Shown here piece by piece: positions 35,434 through 47,455 of a stretch of 64,000 bases of DNA (the stretch's first letter is position 1; each line of letters begins with the position of its first letter). Under the pieces are notes generated by a model. That model was not told the DNA's origin, searched no databases, and worked only from the letters and a program-made list of their open reading frames with translations. The position numbers and the translations under genes are program-made. Where the stretch lies: positions 1,364,001 through 1,428,000 of the forward strand of contig JBLDXI010000023.1 of NCBI GenBank assembly GCA_047495785.1. Direction: 5' to 3'. This DNA comes from Lepidodermella squamata (Eukaryota; Animalia; Gastrotricha).

Positions 35434-35959
35434 ACTCCAGATCTCTCGAAGGACTTCCTAGCAATAAGTCAAGCAATATGCTCTGATTTTTGGTTTTTTA
35501 AACGTTTTTTTGATATTATTAGCCGTACTATATTTTTTAAGGCGAATACTTCTTTTTTAGTGAAGCGAAATACCCAGGATTAATATTGTAATTTTACCTG
35601 AGCAGTTGCGACGAGCTCTGAACTTCTAAAATTCTAAATTCAAATTTATTTGTCCATCAGTCACAAAAATATAAAAGAACAATATAACATAATAAATTCC
35701 TTTCTTGCGAACAATATATACAAAGTGACAGAGATGGCACGCGGTTGTGAGACGACATGCGCTTGCCGGCGGCAGTGCGCTGAGGACGCTAGTGGGCGAG
35801 CTAAAGGAATATTTATCGTATGCAGAAGATTACATGTAATGGGTCAATCAGAACAGAAGGAGTGCATCAGGAAGAAAAAGAAAAGAAAGGAGAAGAGGAA
35901 CCAGGATTATACAAGACAAGACGGACAAGATATAGAAAGACGGAAGAGACACGGAACGA

Positions 35960-38830
35960 TCACACACCGAAGGTGGGCAGAGGACCCCGAGGAAGCCTGC
36001 TGGCGATCAGGGCCAGCGGAGACCGGGGCACCGGGTTCGCAGAGAGACGTAGTTGCTCGACAGCTTCGCGGATCGGGAGGACGAAGCGGACGGCGTTGTC
36101 GGCGTAACGGCGCTGCGTCTGTTCAAAGAAACGCGGGAGACTGGGGACACCAGCGCGACGTTCGAGGCCCGTGACTCTGACGCGGTCATCGCGGCGGACG
36201 TTCAGTAGAGCCCGAAGGCAATCGTTCTGAAGAACATCAAGGCGCTTGAGTTGCCGCTTGGGTGCAGTGCAGAAAACGATGTTACCATACGTTGACGTGG
36301 TTCGAACGAGACTTAGATACGCGGTTCGGCGCCACCGGCGAGAAAGGCCAGGGGCTCGACAGACACTGCGAAAGTGCGATAAATTGCGAGTGCAGCGGGT
36401 GATAACGCGGTCCATGTGGGCCTTCCAGGTCAACTTAGCATCAAGATGGACACCAAGGATGCGCATGACTGGGACTTGCGGGATCGCCGAGCCACCGAGT
36501 GTTAGTCGGGCATCGTAGCTCCGCCACGCGAATGGCATCACTTCACTCTTGGAGGCATTAAACCTTTGCCGCCACTCGTGGGCCCACGCTGATATCCGGT
36601 CGATCTCATTCTGGGTAGCACGCTCAGCTTCAGGAAAATCCACCCCTTCACCGACAACAGTTAGGTCATCAGCATAGGCATCGAGATAACACCCCGGGGC
36701 AGCCGGTGCGGTCATCAGATCGGAAGTGTAAACGATATAGAGCAGCGGTGACAGCGGCGAGCCTTGCGGCACGCCGCAGTTGACGGTAATTTGTCGACTA
36801 AGGAAGCCCGCAACACGAGCCTGCAAGTTGCGATCGCGAAGGAAATCGGTCAGCCACCCTACGAGGTTTCGAGGAAGCGGCAGTTTTGCAAGCTTGAACG
36901 CCAGGCCAGCACTCCACACGGAATCGTAAGCCGCCTGAACGTCCAGGCCAACAGCGATCACTTTTCGGTGTCGAGAACGGGCAAGGTGAACGGTGTGGGC
37001 GACGCGTGAAGGGACATCGGGTGCAGAGTGGTGCGCGCGGAACGCATACTGGTTGTCGGGCAGGGCGTGGTGGCTCTCCAAAAACTCGCCCAACCAACGC
37101 GCCACGATGGACTCCAACAGCTTGCCGTCGACTGGTAACAACGAGATCGGCCGCTGGGATGAGACAGCTCCTAACGGCTTGCCAGCTTTCGGCACGGGTA
37201 TCACAGCAGCTTCCTTCCAGTCGGGCAGAACGAAGCGCGATCCGAGGCTCAGGTTGAACATGTGCCGGAGGTGGCGCTGCAGCACCGGTCCACCCCACTT
37301 GTAGAAGACGGGGCTGATACCATCCAACCCGGGGGCCTTGAATGGCTTGAGGCGTGACACAGCATCGGCAACCATGCGCTGACTGACGGAGAACTCGCCC
37401 GAGGCTGGAAGCTGAAGGCGGTCAGTGCGTTGTAGGTCGGGATCAGAGGCGACGAACTGTTCGATGTCAGCCCACTGTTGCTTCAGATAGGCGTCGGCAG
37501 CAGGGTCGGTGAATGGCGTCATGGGCTTCACAAACTGATCGAGAAGGACATCAGCGAGCTCGACGGACGGCTCTAGGACGCGACCATCATCAAGCTTCAT
37601 AGGACCAGTCGAGCGCTGCGGGCGGTGCTTGTCGAGACGGTTGAGTCGCTCCCAGGCTTCGCGGTAGCGGCGTTGAGCTGACAGAGCTTCTACCATTCGA
37701 AGGTTGGCGACATCGCGGCGGAGTTGATGGGCTTGCTTCGCATCACGAAAACGGGCGTCAAGGGCCTTGAGAAGAACGCACAGGTCGCGGTCGACATGGT
37801 CGCCCAGGGCTCTCTCCAGAATGCGCTTCTCCTTGATGATCTGACGCATCTCCTGGCTCATAGCAAGCCTCCGCAGCTGCCCTGGCTCGCAGACGGGTAC
37901 GTGCCGGTCACGGGAGTCGGCTACAGCGCGGGTGACGGAGCGGCGATACTCGACGAGACGCGGGAACGGGTCACCGGGAACAGGCATAGGAATCGCAATC
38001 AACTTCTCGATCAGCGTACGCGAAAATCCGAGACGGTCTGCGCGGGAGACATCGAAGCGCGGGAACGGGTCAGGAGCGGGATGGTCAAATGCAGGTGGTC
38101 GTCTGCCAACCGGAAAATCGACAGATATAGAGGTCGTATAATGATCGCTGGTGTACCTATCGCCAACAATCACACCGCCGCGCAGCAGGCGCAGTGCGGC
38201 GTCGTTAAGGACCCAAACATCGAGGGTTGACAAGGTGCCAGTGTCGAGGTGAAGGCGAGTGGGTTTCGGCGAGGGCAAGATCGTGAGGCCGAGTCGGGTT
38301 GCAGCATGGCGGAGCGAAAAGCCGCTGGCGTTCCAAAGATCCTTCTTCCCCCACAACGGAGATTTCGCATTGAGGTCGCCGCTGAAGAAGCACGGGAGGC
38401 CAAGGCGGGCAGCATCAGCAAACTCCTCTTCAAGCCACCGCAGGTCGAGACTAGACGTGGGGGGACTGTAGCCGGTGATCACACGCACGACTTCGCTACG
38501 ATGGTCAGGCAACAGGTCCAGACGGAGCCACTCACTTCTCTTCGCCCCAGTCAAGGCCAGCTTCTGCTCAGAGACAACAACCGTCCCTTTGCGAACCAGG
38601 ATCGCCGACCCGCCATGCGCGTCGCCAAGCAAGGCTGCTGCAAGGTCCTGTGCCCTATCACAGCGGAAGGTAGCATAACCGTTCAAGGAGAAGGAAGTAA
38701 GAGAGTAAAAGAAGGATTCATTAATAAGAAGTGCAACCGGATGAAATTGATCTAAAACACAGTAAAACTCAAACACTTTGTCATTACCACCGCGGCAGTT
38801 CCATTGAGTAAGAAAACGACAGTCTACCAT
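35960..38830 (-). CDS. LINE ORF2: APE endonuclease plus reverse transcriptase, 956 aa, intact
   Basis: APE motifs QWNCRG, YSPP, GDLNAK, SDH; RT motifs RPISLL, LDVQAAYDSVW, GVPQGSPLSPLLY, YADD; no RNase H. ATG overlaps the ORF1 stop by 7 nt. Confidence 0.95.
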   Translation of the reverse strand: MVDCRFLTQWNCRGGNDKVFEFYCVLDQFHPVALLINESFFYSLTSFSLNGYATFRCDRAQDLAAALLGDAHGGSAILVRKGTVVVSEQKLALTGAKRSEWLRLDLLPDHRSEVVRVITGYSPPTSSLDLRWLEEEFADAARLGLPCFFSGDLNAKSPLWGKKDLWNASGFSLRHAATRLGLTILPSPKPTRLHLDTGTLSTLDVWVLNDAALRLLRGGVIVGDRYTSDHYTTSISVDFPVGRRPPAFDHPAPDPFPRFDVSRADRLGFSRTLIEKLIAIPMPVPGDPFPRLVEYRRSVTRAVADSRDRHVPVCEPGQLRRLAMSQEMRQIIKEKRILERALGDHVDRDLCVLLKALDARFRDAKQAHQLRRDVANLRMVEALSAQRRYREAWERLNRLDKHRPQRSTGPMKLDDGRVLEPSVELADVLLDQFVKPMTPFTDPAADAYLKQQWADIEQFVASDPDLQRTDRLQLPASGEFSVSQRMVADAVSRLKPFKAPGLDGISPVFYKWGGPVLQRHLRHMFNLSLGSRFVLPDWKEAAVIPVPKAGKPLGAVSSQRPISLLPVDGKLLESIVARWLGEFLESHHALPDNQYAFRAHHSAPDVPSRVAHTVHLARSRHRKVIAVGLDVQAAYDSVWSAGLAFKLAKLPLPRNLVGWLTDFLRDRNLQARVAGFLSRQITVNCGVPQGSPLSPLLYIVYTSDLMTAPAAPGCYLDAYADDLTVVGEGVDFPEAERATQNEIDRISAWAHEWRQRFNASKSEVMPFAWRSYDARLTLGGSAIPQVPVMRILGVHLDAKLTWKAHMDRVITRCTRNLSHFRSVCRAPGLSRRWRRTAYLSLVRTTSTYGNIVFCTAPKRQLKRLDVLQNDCLRALLNVRRDDRVRVTGLERRAGVPSLPRFFEQTQRRYADNAVRFVLPIREAVEQLRLSANPVPRSPLALIASRLPRGPLPTFGV

Positions 38831-39528
38831 GTTGTGCTTGTTGTAGTCGGGCTAGACAGCGGTGCAGCCGGGAACAGATGGGTCGCGAGACCACGACCAC
38901 GACCAGACCAAACCGGGGCAGAAGGCGTCGGAAAAGTCGTAGCTGGACCACAAGACCGCGTGAGCGTCTTCACAAGGTCCGTGACTTCAAGGAAGGCGCT
39001 TTCGAGCCGCATAAGACGCTGACTGACAGCCCCTTCTTTCTCTTCAAACTGCTTCAGCCGAGCATCCAGCATTTCAAACAGACGAGCGCCATCAGGCGAC
39101 TGGAACTGGTTACGAGTGGCAGGGTTAGCAGGCAGTTGACACGCAGCCGGCGGTGGATGTTGACCGATGATCTCTCGGGTCGCGACCCGGTAAGTACGGC
39201 CATGGGCAGGTGTGGGCTGGGCGGGTGGCTGGGTTAACTTCTTCTGGCGAGCAACGCGGGCGCGTTTCGCGTCAGCGCGGGCAACACGAACTTCCGATTC
39301 CTGAACTTTAGCAGCCTTGAACTGGGGACAGCCACGCCACATACTCGAATGAGGAGGCGAGCCACCGTTCGGACAGTTGACGCAGGCTAGAGCTTCACGT
39401 GGTGCTTCACAGTCAGCCGTTTGGTGATTCGGCGAGGCGCAGCGACCACATGAGAGACTTTTCTCGGGAACAACGCAGTCGACCTCGACGTGTCCAAACC
39501 GGGCGCATCGCATACACTTCGGAGGCAG
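38824..39528 (-). CDS. LINE-B ORF1 (gag-like) C-terminal part with zinc knuckles, disrupted
   Basis: CMRCARFGHVEVDC, CGRCASPNHQTADC, CVNC...H...C. Confidence 0.85.
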   Translation of the reverse strand: MPPKCMRCARFGHVEVDCVVPEKSLSCGRCASPNHQTADCEAPREALACVNCPNGGSPPHSSMWRGCPQFKAAKVQESEVRVARADAKRARVARQKKLTQPPAQPTPAHGRTYRVATREIIGQHPPPAACQLPANPATRNQFQSPDGARLFEMLDARLKQFEEKEGAVSQRLMRLESAFLEVTDLVKTLTRSCGPATTFPTPSAPVWSGRGRGLATHLFPAAPLSSPTTTSTTW

Positions 39529-41992
39529 CACTAGGAAAAAAATCCAGTTTATTAGCTAGCTAATAAACCCAAGGACCAAGAGTGCTAATAACCCCTCCTA
39601 TGTCCCCCTAATTAGCTATTTCAGCTAAATTCAGGGAAGCTAAAAACCCACGAATGGCTAAATAGCTAGCCCCCGAGCAAGTGGTGGGTCGGCGTGGAAT
39701 TCTTGCTTATCACAGCTGTTACACATTGCGCAATGTCTCTTTTTGGCCCAAAAGCTAATTAGCTCGTGGTTTATTAGCTATAGAATCGCACCCAGCCCCC
39801 TACCCCTTTCCCCCATATTCTAATTCAATTTCGAAAACATGAAATGTTAGCATCTTTTTCATTTTTATTTCAAAACATTTATTATGAAAGCATTCAACTG
39901 GTAAAAAGATCGAATAGAAAATAGCGGAATATTTGCCAGCACATTTCATCGCGGCGAAAGGTTTCTTCAGCTCAAGGTCAAGCGGATATTTCGAATGAAG
40001 ATTCCCACTACGAAAATACTTGGCCTCGAATGAGACCGATTTGTTTTCGAATAAGAAGTAGTAATTTTAATTTTAATATTAATTAAAAAAGTTCTATTTC
40101 GCTGCTAGATATTTTCCAAATTAGACAAATTAGGGCGGACTTCGGCTTGGTGAGCGAGTCGCAGCTTGGGTTGAGAAGAACGGCCATGCCTTTAGCGTAG
40201 AATGTCCTCTTGAGCTTGAAAGAGTCGAGTTCAATCTGAAGAATAAAAATGACGAGTTAGGACATTCTTCTTGAATTTTGAAAACAATTTCCGAAAAATG
40301 TGGAAAATATGGAGATATACAGAATCTGATTTTCTGATTATGATTTGGGCTACAAAATTTGAGAGTCATCGCTAAAGAATCGAATTACCAAGTTTTTCAA
40401 TTTTCGGATTTAATTTTCTAAATTTTCGCATCTTAATTTCGATAATTTTCAGGTACTTTCGTAACGAAGTAGGCAGTGCGATTTTAGGCAGTCGATGAGT
40501 TTGAAGGTTTTAGAATCGCTAATTTTGAAAAATGTTGAGTTTTAAGTAGTTCGTACCTGTATCCATTTCACAAGCCGATTTCGTTTCAGAATGTGAAATC
40601 TGAAATCACAAATCGGAATTGTTACAGGAAGGAGAATCAAGTTAAGCCTATTATGGGCTGTTGCGAATTTAGTTGGTAAAATTATCAAAATTATTAATTG
40701 CCCAATTGGGCAATTCTCAACCCAATCATTAAAAATATTTATTAACAATTATTAAATTTACGGGTTCATTAAAATCTAGATTGCGAAAATTTTGAAAATT
40801 GAAAATAATTAATACCGTTATTTCTCGAATAGCCAGTCCGATAAAAGCAGAAATTTCTCACCATCCAGTGTCGTCATATTCGCAAGTTGCATCGGCATTC
40901 CGTTTGAAATTAGCGGTATTATTCAGCCTGAAAATTGAAAATAATTAAAAATTTCAGAAAATTTAGAAAAAAAATCGTAGGCAAAAATCAAGATCAGCCG
41001 TATTCTAGATTGCAATATAAAAAGAGATGATAAGTTTGAAAGTTTTTATTTCAAAAATTTAGAAGAACCAATTCGTTTTGAAAGCATAAAAAATCGACTT
41101 TAAATTGAGAAGAATCTTTCAAAATTTCGAGGTTGAAATTTTAGTAGCCCGGGCTGTTGTAGCAAAAAATACGGTATCCTTACCCAGCACCGATGGCCTT
41201 GATCGTCAACTGAGGTAACCAGGATTTTCCTGATAAAAAATAAAAAAATTGCGCGAAAGGAAGCGAATAGATTAAATTCGAAATAGCTGCTTACCAGTAA
41301 ATTTCAGCTCCGAATTTTCAGAAGCGTTTACCGCTAAATGCGTGGACTGAAATGTTGAAAAATGACATTTCAATTAAAAATTCTTGAAAAATGTCAGCAA
41401 ATTTTTCGAATTCAAATAATGAAATATGTATTGAATAATGAAACATCCAACTAACATAAGCTTCCTCAGGTTAGTCCATTAATTAAATTGTTATTTTTCG
41501 CGCTGCGTTATTTAGTTAGGCAAGATCATGAAGCTCGTGCTTGATGGAGGAAATTATTCTGATTTTTCCCCAAATTTATGAGAAAATTAGTTTAAAATTG
41601 GGAAATTAATGAAAGTAAAAATTACCAGGTGAGTCGAGGGCAATTCTTACCTGGCGCCAACTCAATTTGAAATTATTCCATTGAAAACTGCTTGAGGCCT
41701 GTCTGCTGCTGTTTGAGTCGTAGCATTTTGAGAAATAAGTGGTGAAAAAAACTAGTTTTTTGCTTCTGTGTGTATGGATGAAAAACGAATGCAATGTAGC
41801 TTCGAGTAGTGATCAGAAAGGGACACAGCCATTGTTGTGTAACTTTATCGCGCCGCATTCTTCCATTTGCAGTCTATCCATGGCTATTTAGCTATAGCTT
41901 TTTAGCTGATCATAAACTGAGGCCTAGTCTAGGTTTTTTAGCTAGCCTAAGCTAAATGGAAACAGCTAATTAGCTATACTTTTTTCCTAGTG
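39529..41992. mobile_element. Non-autonomous CACTA/EnSpm element (2464 bp)
   Basis: Termini CACTAGGAAAAAA...TTTTTTCCTAGTG, 2-bp TSD AG, subterminal TAGCTA repeats at both ends; removing it restores the LINE ORF1 frame. Confidence 0.9.
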
Positions 41993-42379
41993 AGGAGACC
42001 ACCTTTGAGCTCGCGGCATTTGACTCGACGGTTCAGGAATTCAAGGCCAATCGTTAGAGCCTCGTCGCGCAGCTCTCGTGTCTTAAGAACGACGACGCGG
42101 AGGGGATCATCGCCGGGATGTTGAACAGGCATGTCGCGAATTTCCACGACGTGCTTGATGTGCTTCAGAAGCTGCTCAGTCGTATAGAACCCGGGCAGCC
42201 GAGCGGTAATGACCGACCGACCGTCTTTTTCCGCTTGAGGTGACTTCGTGGCTAGGGCATCGGGTTGACCAGGTCGGTGTACGCGTACGCGTACGGTGTA
42301 CGCGGTGTACTTCTCCTGTTGAAATTTTACTCGTCGCGTCGAATGTTTACTGACAAACTGACTGCCTAATTTGTAGCAT

Positions 42380-45300
42380 CATAGACAATGATGGTACAGA
42401 TCGGACACTCACGCACTTCGCATTGAAACACTAATTATGCGTGGATCGGCCATTATAAATCCGGCCGAAAAGTCGTTGTTCTCCTAAATTCTTGAAAAAA
42501 ATATCGAAAAATCGGGCATTTTTTCACGGTAATAATGATCCAAGTCCCGTAGTGCGGTTCGATTTCGTTGCCGAGAAAATCAATATCGAAAAATCGATTA
42601 CTCACACTCTGTATTGTTGTGTTGCGTCATCGCGTGCCATGCTCACTCGATAAAAATAAGCATTCGAAAAATGTAAAGTTGTTGTGTGCATGTGTCATTA
42701 AAGTCAGCACTTCAGAGGAAATTTTTAAGGAGGATTTCTTGAAATCTATTTCCTACCCATTTTTATTGAGTTTCATTTTAAATGCAAACCTAACATGTTT
42801 AGTTTTCAGTTAATTCTTAATTTTGCTGATTTCTTAATTTCTTAACATTCTTAATATTTCTTAATATAGCATGCGGGCATGCGGCATTTCTTAATATGCG
42901 GGTTGTTAAAGTTCGATTCTCATGGTTAATTTCTTGGAGACAGGCCACCCACAAAGTCCAAAGAGAGCTGATGAAGAAGGAGTTCAATTTGGCCGAGGAC
43001 GAAGATGAAATTTCGCTTCGACTCGCGCTTGTTTCGCGAGCCAGCCGCGTTCGGGAACTCAAGAAAAGGCGCAAGCCTTCAGGTGGAAAGCTTCACCAAT
43101 TTAACAATAATGAACTCGAATTCGGGATTTACAAAATTAACGAATCAAAAGGCCCGGGTTCGGGTGGACAAATAGATGCAGAAAATTCTTCCGGACAAGA
43201 CAGTTTCGGTGGTTCTAACGGCTTACCTCTCCAGTCCCAGGAAAACGTTGCATCGACCTCTGCAGCCGTCGCCGTGAAAGAATTGCCGGCCCGGCGGCCT
43301 GGTCGAACCCAATTCACCCGAGAACAACTGAAAGCAAGACTCAGTATAGCGAAGACAAATTGCAGCAGAATGAAGCGAAAAATGAAGTCGCTTGAAAATC
43401 AATTGAACAAAATACACCAAAAGCGAAATTCCCTGGGCGAGGTTGGAAAGCAACTAGTTGACGAGATGGAAACAATTGCATCAAAGCCGCTCAAAGGACG
43501 ACGATACTCAAATTTATTCAAGGAAATGGCAACAGGTTCAAAGAAATCTTTGATTTTTTTGGCTATTTTTTATTATAACTAATAAACAACTATACTTCAT
43601 GTATCGAATTTACGAATCATATTTTAACAAATTGAAGCTTCAATAAAATTATAGAAATGATCAAAAATCTCCCTAATTATTCATATAGTTTTTAAATATA
43701 CGTTGATTAATTTTTATTATTATACTTTTTACCGATCTGAATTTTTTCACTTCGGAAAATTCGGAAAAATATGTTATTTGAAATCATTTTTTTATTTTTT
43801 TATTTTTAATTTGTACATTTTTTAATTCGAATTTTTTAATTTTTCCGGTAAATGTTTAAATTATTTTTATAGGTTTGCAGCCCTCTGCTCGAATGAAACT
43901 TCGTGTATATTTCGGAAAATGCATGCCGTCTGAGCGAACAGTTCGTCGATGGCTGGCTCAAGTTGTTGTTAAGCCTGGGCTTAATCAATTGGCTTTGTCT
44001 CTCCTTGAAACGATTCGTTTTAAATCGCCATCAAAGCGTCACTACGTGATCCAAATGGACGCTATGGTAATCAAAAGGGGCGAGTACTTCCATTTCGGTG
44101 ATGAAACAGTTCACGGTTTGGTTGACGCGGGATCATTCAACACCCTGCCCGATGTTGAAAGTCAGCTCGGCAAACCTCCGCACGAAGCAGTAGTTTTTTT
44201 AGCTGTTTCACTGTCAGGTGGCGTGTGCTACCCGGTTTGCCTCTTGTTGTTAGAATCGACTTGCGAAACAATTCAGTCAGCAGTTCTGAAGGAAATTCGA
44301 CAGGAGTTTGTAACGCGAGGGTTGCACGCTATTGTAACTACTGCCGATGGCCACCGGGCGAATGTAAAGACCATGGAAGGTTTTGAAGAAATTCCGACCG
44401 AAATTTTCTCGCCGTTTCCAGCTGCGCATGAGTCGAGTTGGTACTGGAGCCAAGACGCAACTCATTGCTTAAAACTAATTCGCGCTCTCTTTGCCAAATG
44501 GGGAATTCTAGTTTTTACCTACCGTGGCCAGATTTACAAAGCCTATTGGCTCCACGTCGTTGAACTGGTTCATCTCCAAGATGCAGTTGGCCTCCACCTT
44601 CGCACCAAATTGACCAGTTCTCACTTGGCTTGGGCAAAGTGGCCGATGAAGGTGACACTCGCTGTACAAATTTTCAGCGGCAGCGTCGCCAATGCCCTTG
44701 CTGTACTGCGTAGCATCCCTCAATATCAGACGAATTTCGGAAATAGCGAAGGCACGGAGAAATTGTGCCGAATTATTAACACAGTGTGGGACTGCCTCAA
44801 CCAGCGCAATCTTTCCGATGTCGAACCCAATCGGCGCCCAGTTCGCAAGGAAACCTTCCCGACCTGGAAATCTCACCTCGAAGATGGCATCGATGTTTTA
44901 CTGAGTTTCACCGACACTGTTGGCAACAAGGCTATTGAAAGCACATTGAAATCTGGCGTGCGTGGAATGGTCCAAGCGATAAGAACGACTGTTGCTGTTG
45001 TTGAATACCTCTTATTCAGCTGTGACGTTGCATTCGTCGCGACTTACTATTTTCTACAGGACAGCCTAGAGTTGTTGTTCTCGTTTGCTCGACAATTCAA
45101 TGGTTTTGCGATGAATCCGACCCCAGAGCAGTTGATTGCTGCTATCCGGGGCTATATGATCCAGAGATATGTATTGGCAAAGGGAAACGTCGAAAAAACC
45201 ATGCGTTTCAACCAAGTGACGATTTTCGATCACATCAAAAAACCGCTGTATGATGGCGACGATAGCAGCCAAAAAGTGAGTGATGATCCTCCTTAAATTG

Positions 45301-46661
45301 TGCTCATTTTTATTTTTTTCCAAAATATTGAAACCGATAAAAATATTTAGTATAGGCTGCAAAATTGTGAAAGAAATTTTGTTGTAGGTTTTATTATAAA
45401 TCTATGAAACAAAATCTCATTTATTGGAAAATAATTCGAAAATTGATTTAATTCAATTTAAAATTTAAAAATTGATTTTTCCATAATTTTTTGAATTTTT
45501 CGATATTTTTTTATTCAGACCAAGGTTGATTTTGCCTCGATAATTGAGACTTGAATTATATGGAGATTTGTTCTTAACAACTTTATTTTATTCTAGGTTG
45601 CTGAGCTTCATGATTTAACTGAATGGGACGAAATTGAAGCTGAAGACGAGTTACTGCAAAGAGGAATGGAGTACGAAGCAACGCTCCCCCTAATTGGGGA
45701 AGAAATTATTGCCAACATTGGTGGATTTTGCGTCAAAAAACTTCTAACTGACAAGCTGAAATGCCCCGGCTGTATCGATTCCCTGACACGCGATTTCCTT
45801 CTGACTCCATGCCGTGTGATAAAGGGCTTCAGTTTTCGAAAACAAGACGGAAAATTATGGTAATAAACATTTTGCTTGGAATTCGTTATCTAAAAGTTGT
45901 ACGATTTCAGTCTCACTCGCCCGTCATTGACGGTATATCGAATCGTGAAATCCGTCCGGTCGATCATACGTGAAAATCTGGACTATTACCTAAGGACTTC
46001 ACTACCCATCGTTGCCGTGCAAAGAACGCTTTTTTACGCGGCTTGTGCCAGGCCGGTGCTTCTTGACGGCCTATGCCAAGAATTCGACGCCGGTGCTGCG
46101 CCACACTCTCATCAACTCTTCAAATCGATTGTCGCTGTTGCGGCTGGAACTTTCCTTCGCCATGAGCTCAAAATGCGGCAGGTGGCTATGAAGCAACCGA
46201 CGAAAAGCCGTAAAGCGGCTCAAAACCAAAACATGTGAATGAAAAATGAAAAACGCTTCAATTTTTTTCTATTTTGATATCTATCTACTATTTTTCGATC
46301 GACTTAAATTAAAGCTGAAAAATTGCAATAAAAATGGAGTGTGCCACAGATGTTCGTTTTTCGTAACAATCAAATTTTGAGTGGCGCTAAAAAAAACTTG
46401 AAAATAGACTTAACAACTGACAAAAATCGCTACAATCTTTTTTCCTAATTTAAAAATCATAGGGAAGGAACCGCACCTCGAAGTTTGCATCACTAGCATC
46501 CTTGAAAGATGAGGAATTTTTAGGTCCAAGTTTCAAAAAATTCCGAGGCCTACGACTATTTTCACCTTTTAAATCAATGCATTTAAATTAGTGTGCAAAT
46601 TTATGGTTTAGCGTAAACAGGCAAGTGCGTGAGTGTCCGATCTGTTACATCATTGTCTATG
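42380..46661 (+). mobile_element. Complete P-element-superfamily DNA transposon (4282 bp)
   Basis: ~39-bp TIRs (CATAGACAATGATG..ACAGATCGGACACTCACGCACTT), 8-bp TSD TGTAGCAT at 42372-42379 and 46662-46669. Confidence 0.93.
42896..46238 (+). CDS. P-element-type transposase (start uncertain)
   Basis: Exons ?-43535, 43873-45275, 45597-45859, 45911-46238 join in frame. Motifs GRRYS, PSERTVRRWL, QMDAM, TADG, DATHCLKLIR, MKVTLAVQIFS, QDSLELLF, IGGF...CPGC. No clear THAP domain seen. Confidence 0.85.
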
Positions 46662-46800
46662 TGTAGCATAATATTAATAAACGGCTATAAGGTTGATGGG
46701 CATTTTTCAGATTTATTAGATTTAGATTTTTCGCTGTTCTGTCGGTTTCTCGAGTGGATTCGGAGTTGAAACTGGTGTCGAGCTGCCGATCTTCTTGATG

Positions 46801-47091
46801 ACCGTCTTTTTCCGCTTGAGGTGACTTCGTGGCTAGGGCATCGGGTTGACCAGGTCGGTGTACGCGTACGCGTACGGTGTACGCGGTGTACTTCTCCTGT
46901 TGAAATTTTACTCGTCGCGTCGAATGTTTACTGACAAACTGACTGCCTAATTTGTAGCATAATATTAATAAACGGCTATAAGGTTGATGGGCATTTTTCA
47001 GATTTATTAGATTTAGATTTTTCGCTGTTCTGTCGGTTTCTCGAGTGGATTCGGAGTTGAAACTGGTGTCGAGCTGCCGATCTTCTTGATG
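46801..47091. repeat. 291-bp tandem duplication containing the empty P-element site
   Basis: Equals 42220-42379 plus 46670-46800 with a single TGTAGCAT. Confidence 0.9.
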
Positions 47092-47455
47092 ATGTTCGCG
47101 GCGGTTCGTGGATCTCAAACCTCGATCGAATTTGTTCACTACCTTTGCCGGCTCCCACGATTTTGTGAAGGTACGTCATGAACCCAGCATAACGTCTGAG
47201 TTTGAGGGCTGGGAGTTGCACCCCGGTAATTTTGCAAAAACGATCTTGAACTGAGTCCAGTCGATCCAGGATTGAAGGTGCCGCGTGGGCATACGCAATC
47301 ATTCCACCCTCCAATATGGACCAGCAGTAGGTTTTGAAGGCATTTCCAAGCTGTTTTTTTGAGAGGTACGGTTGTAACCTGAATAGTTGCGTAACTACCG
47401 TGTTGGCTTGTGCAACTTATCCGAATACACTGATCCATGGTTAGCCCCAAGTAAG
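47030..47455 (-). mobile_element. Decayed CR1/L2-like RT C-terminal fragment
   Basis: LGLTMD...EGGMIAYAHAAPSILDRLDSVQDRF...LKLRR...YLHKI. Confidence 0.55.

Larger units (their letters stand above)
35625..42290 (-). mobile_element. Jockey-like LINE family B, 5'-truncated in ORF1 and interrupted by a CACTA element
   Basis: 3' tail at 35625, intact ORF2, ORF1 in two pieces (38824-39528 and 41993-42290) that rejoin in frame as ...RELKGGLLPPKC... Confidence 0.92.

Noticed and set aside
43285-43335. RRPGRTQFTREQL in the P transposase resembles a homeodomain N-terminal arm
   Set aside because: It continues into a coiled coil with no helix 2/3 or WF motif; probably coincidence.
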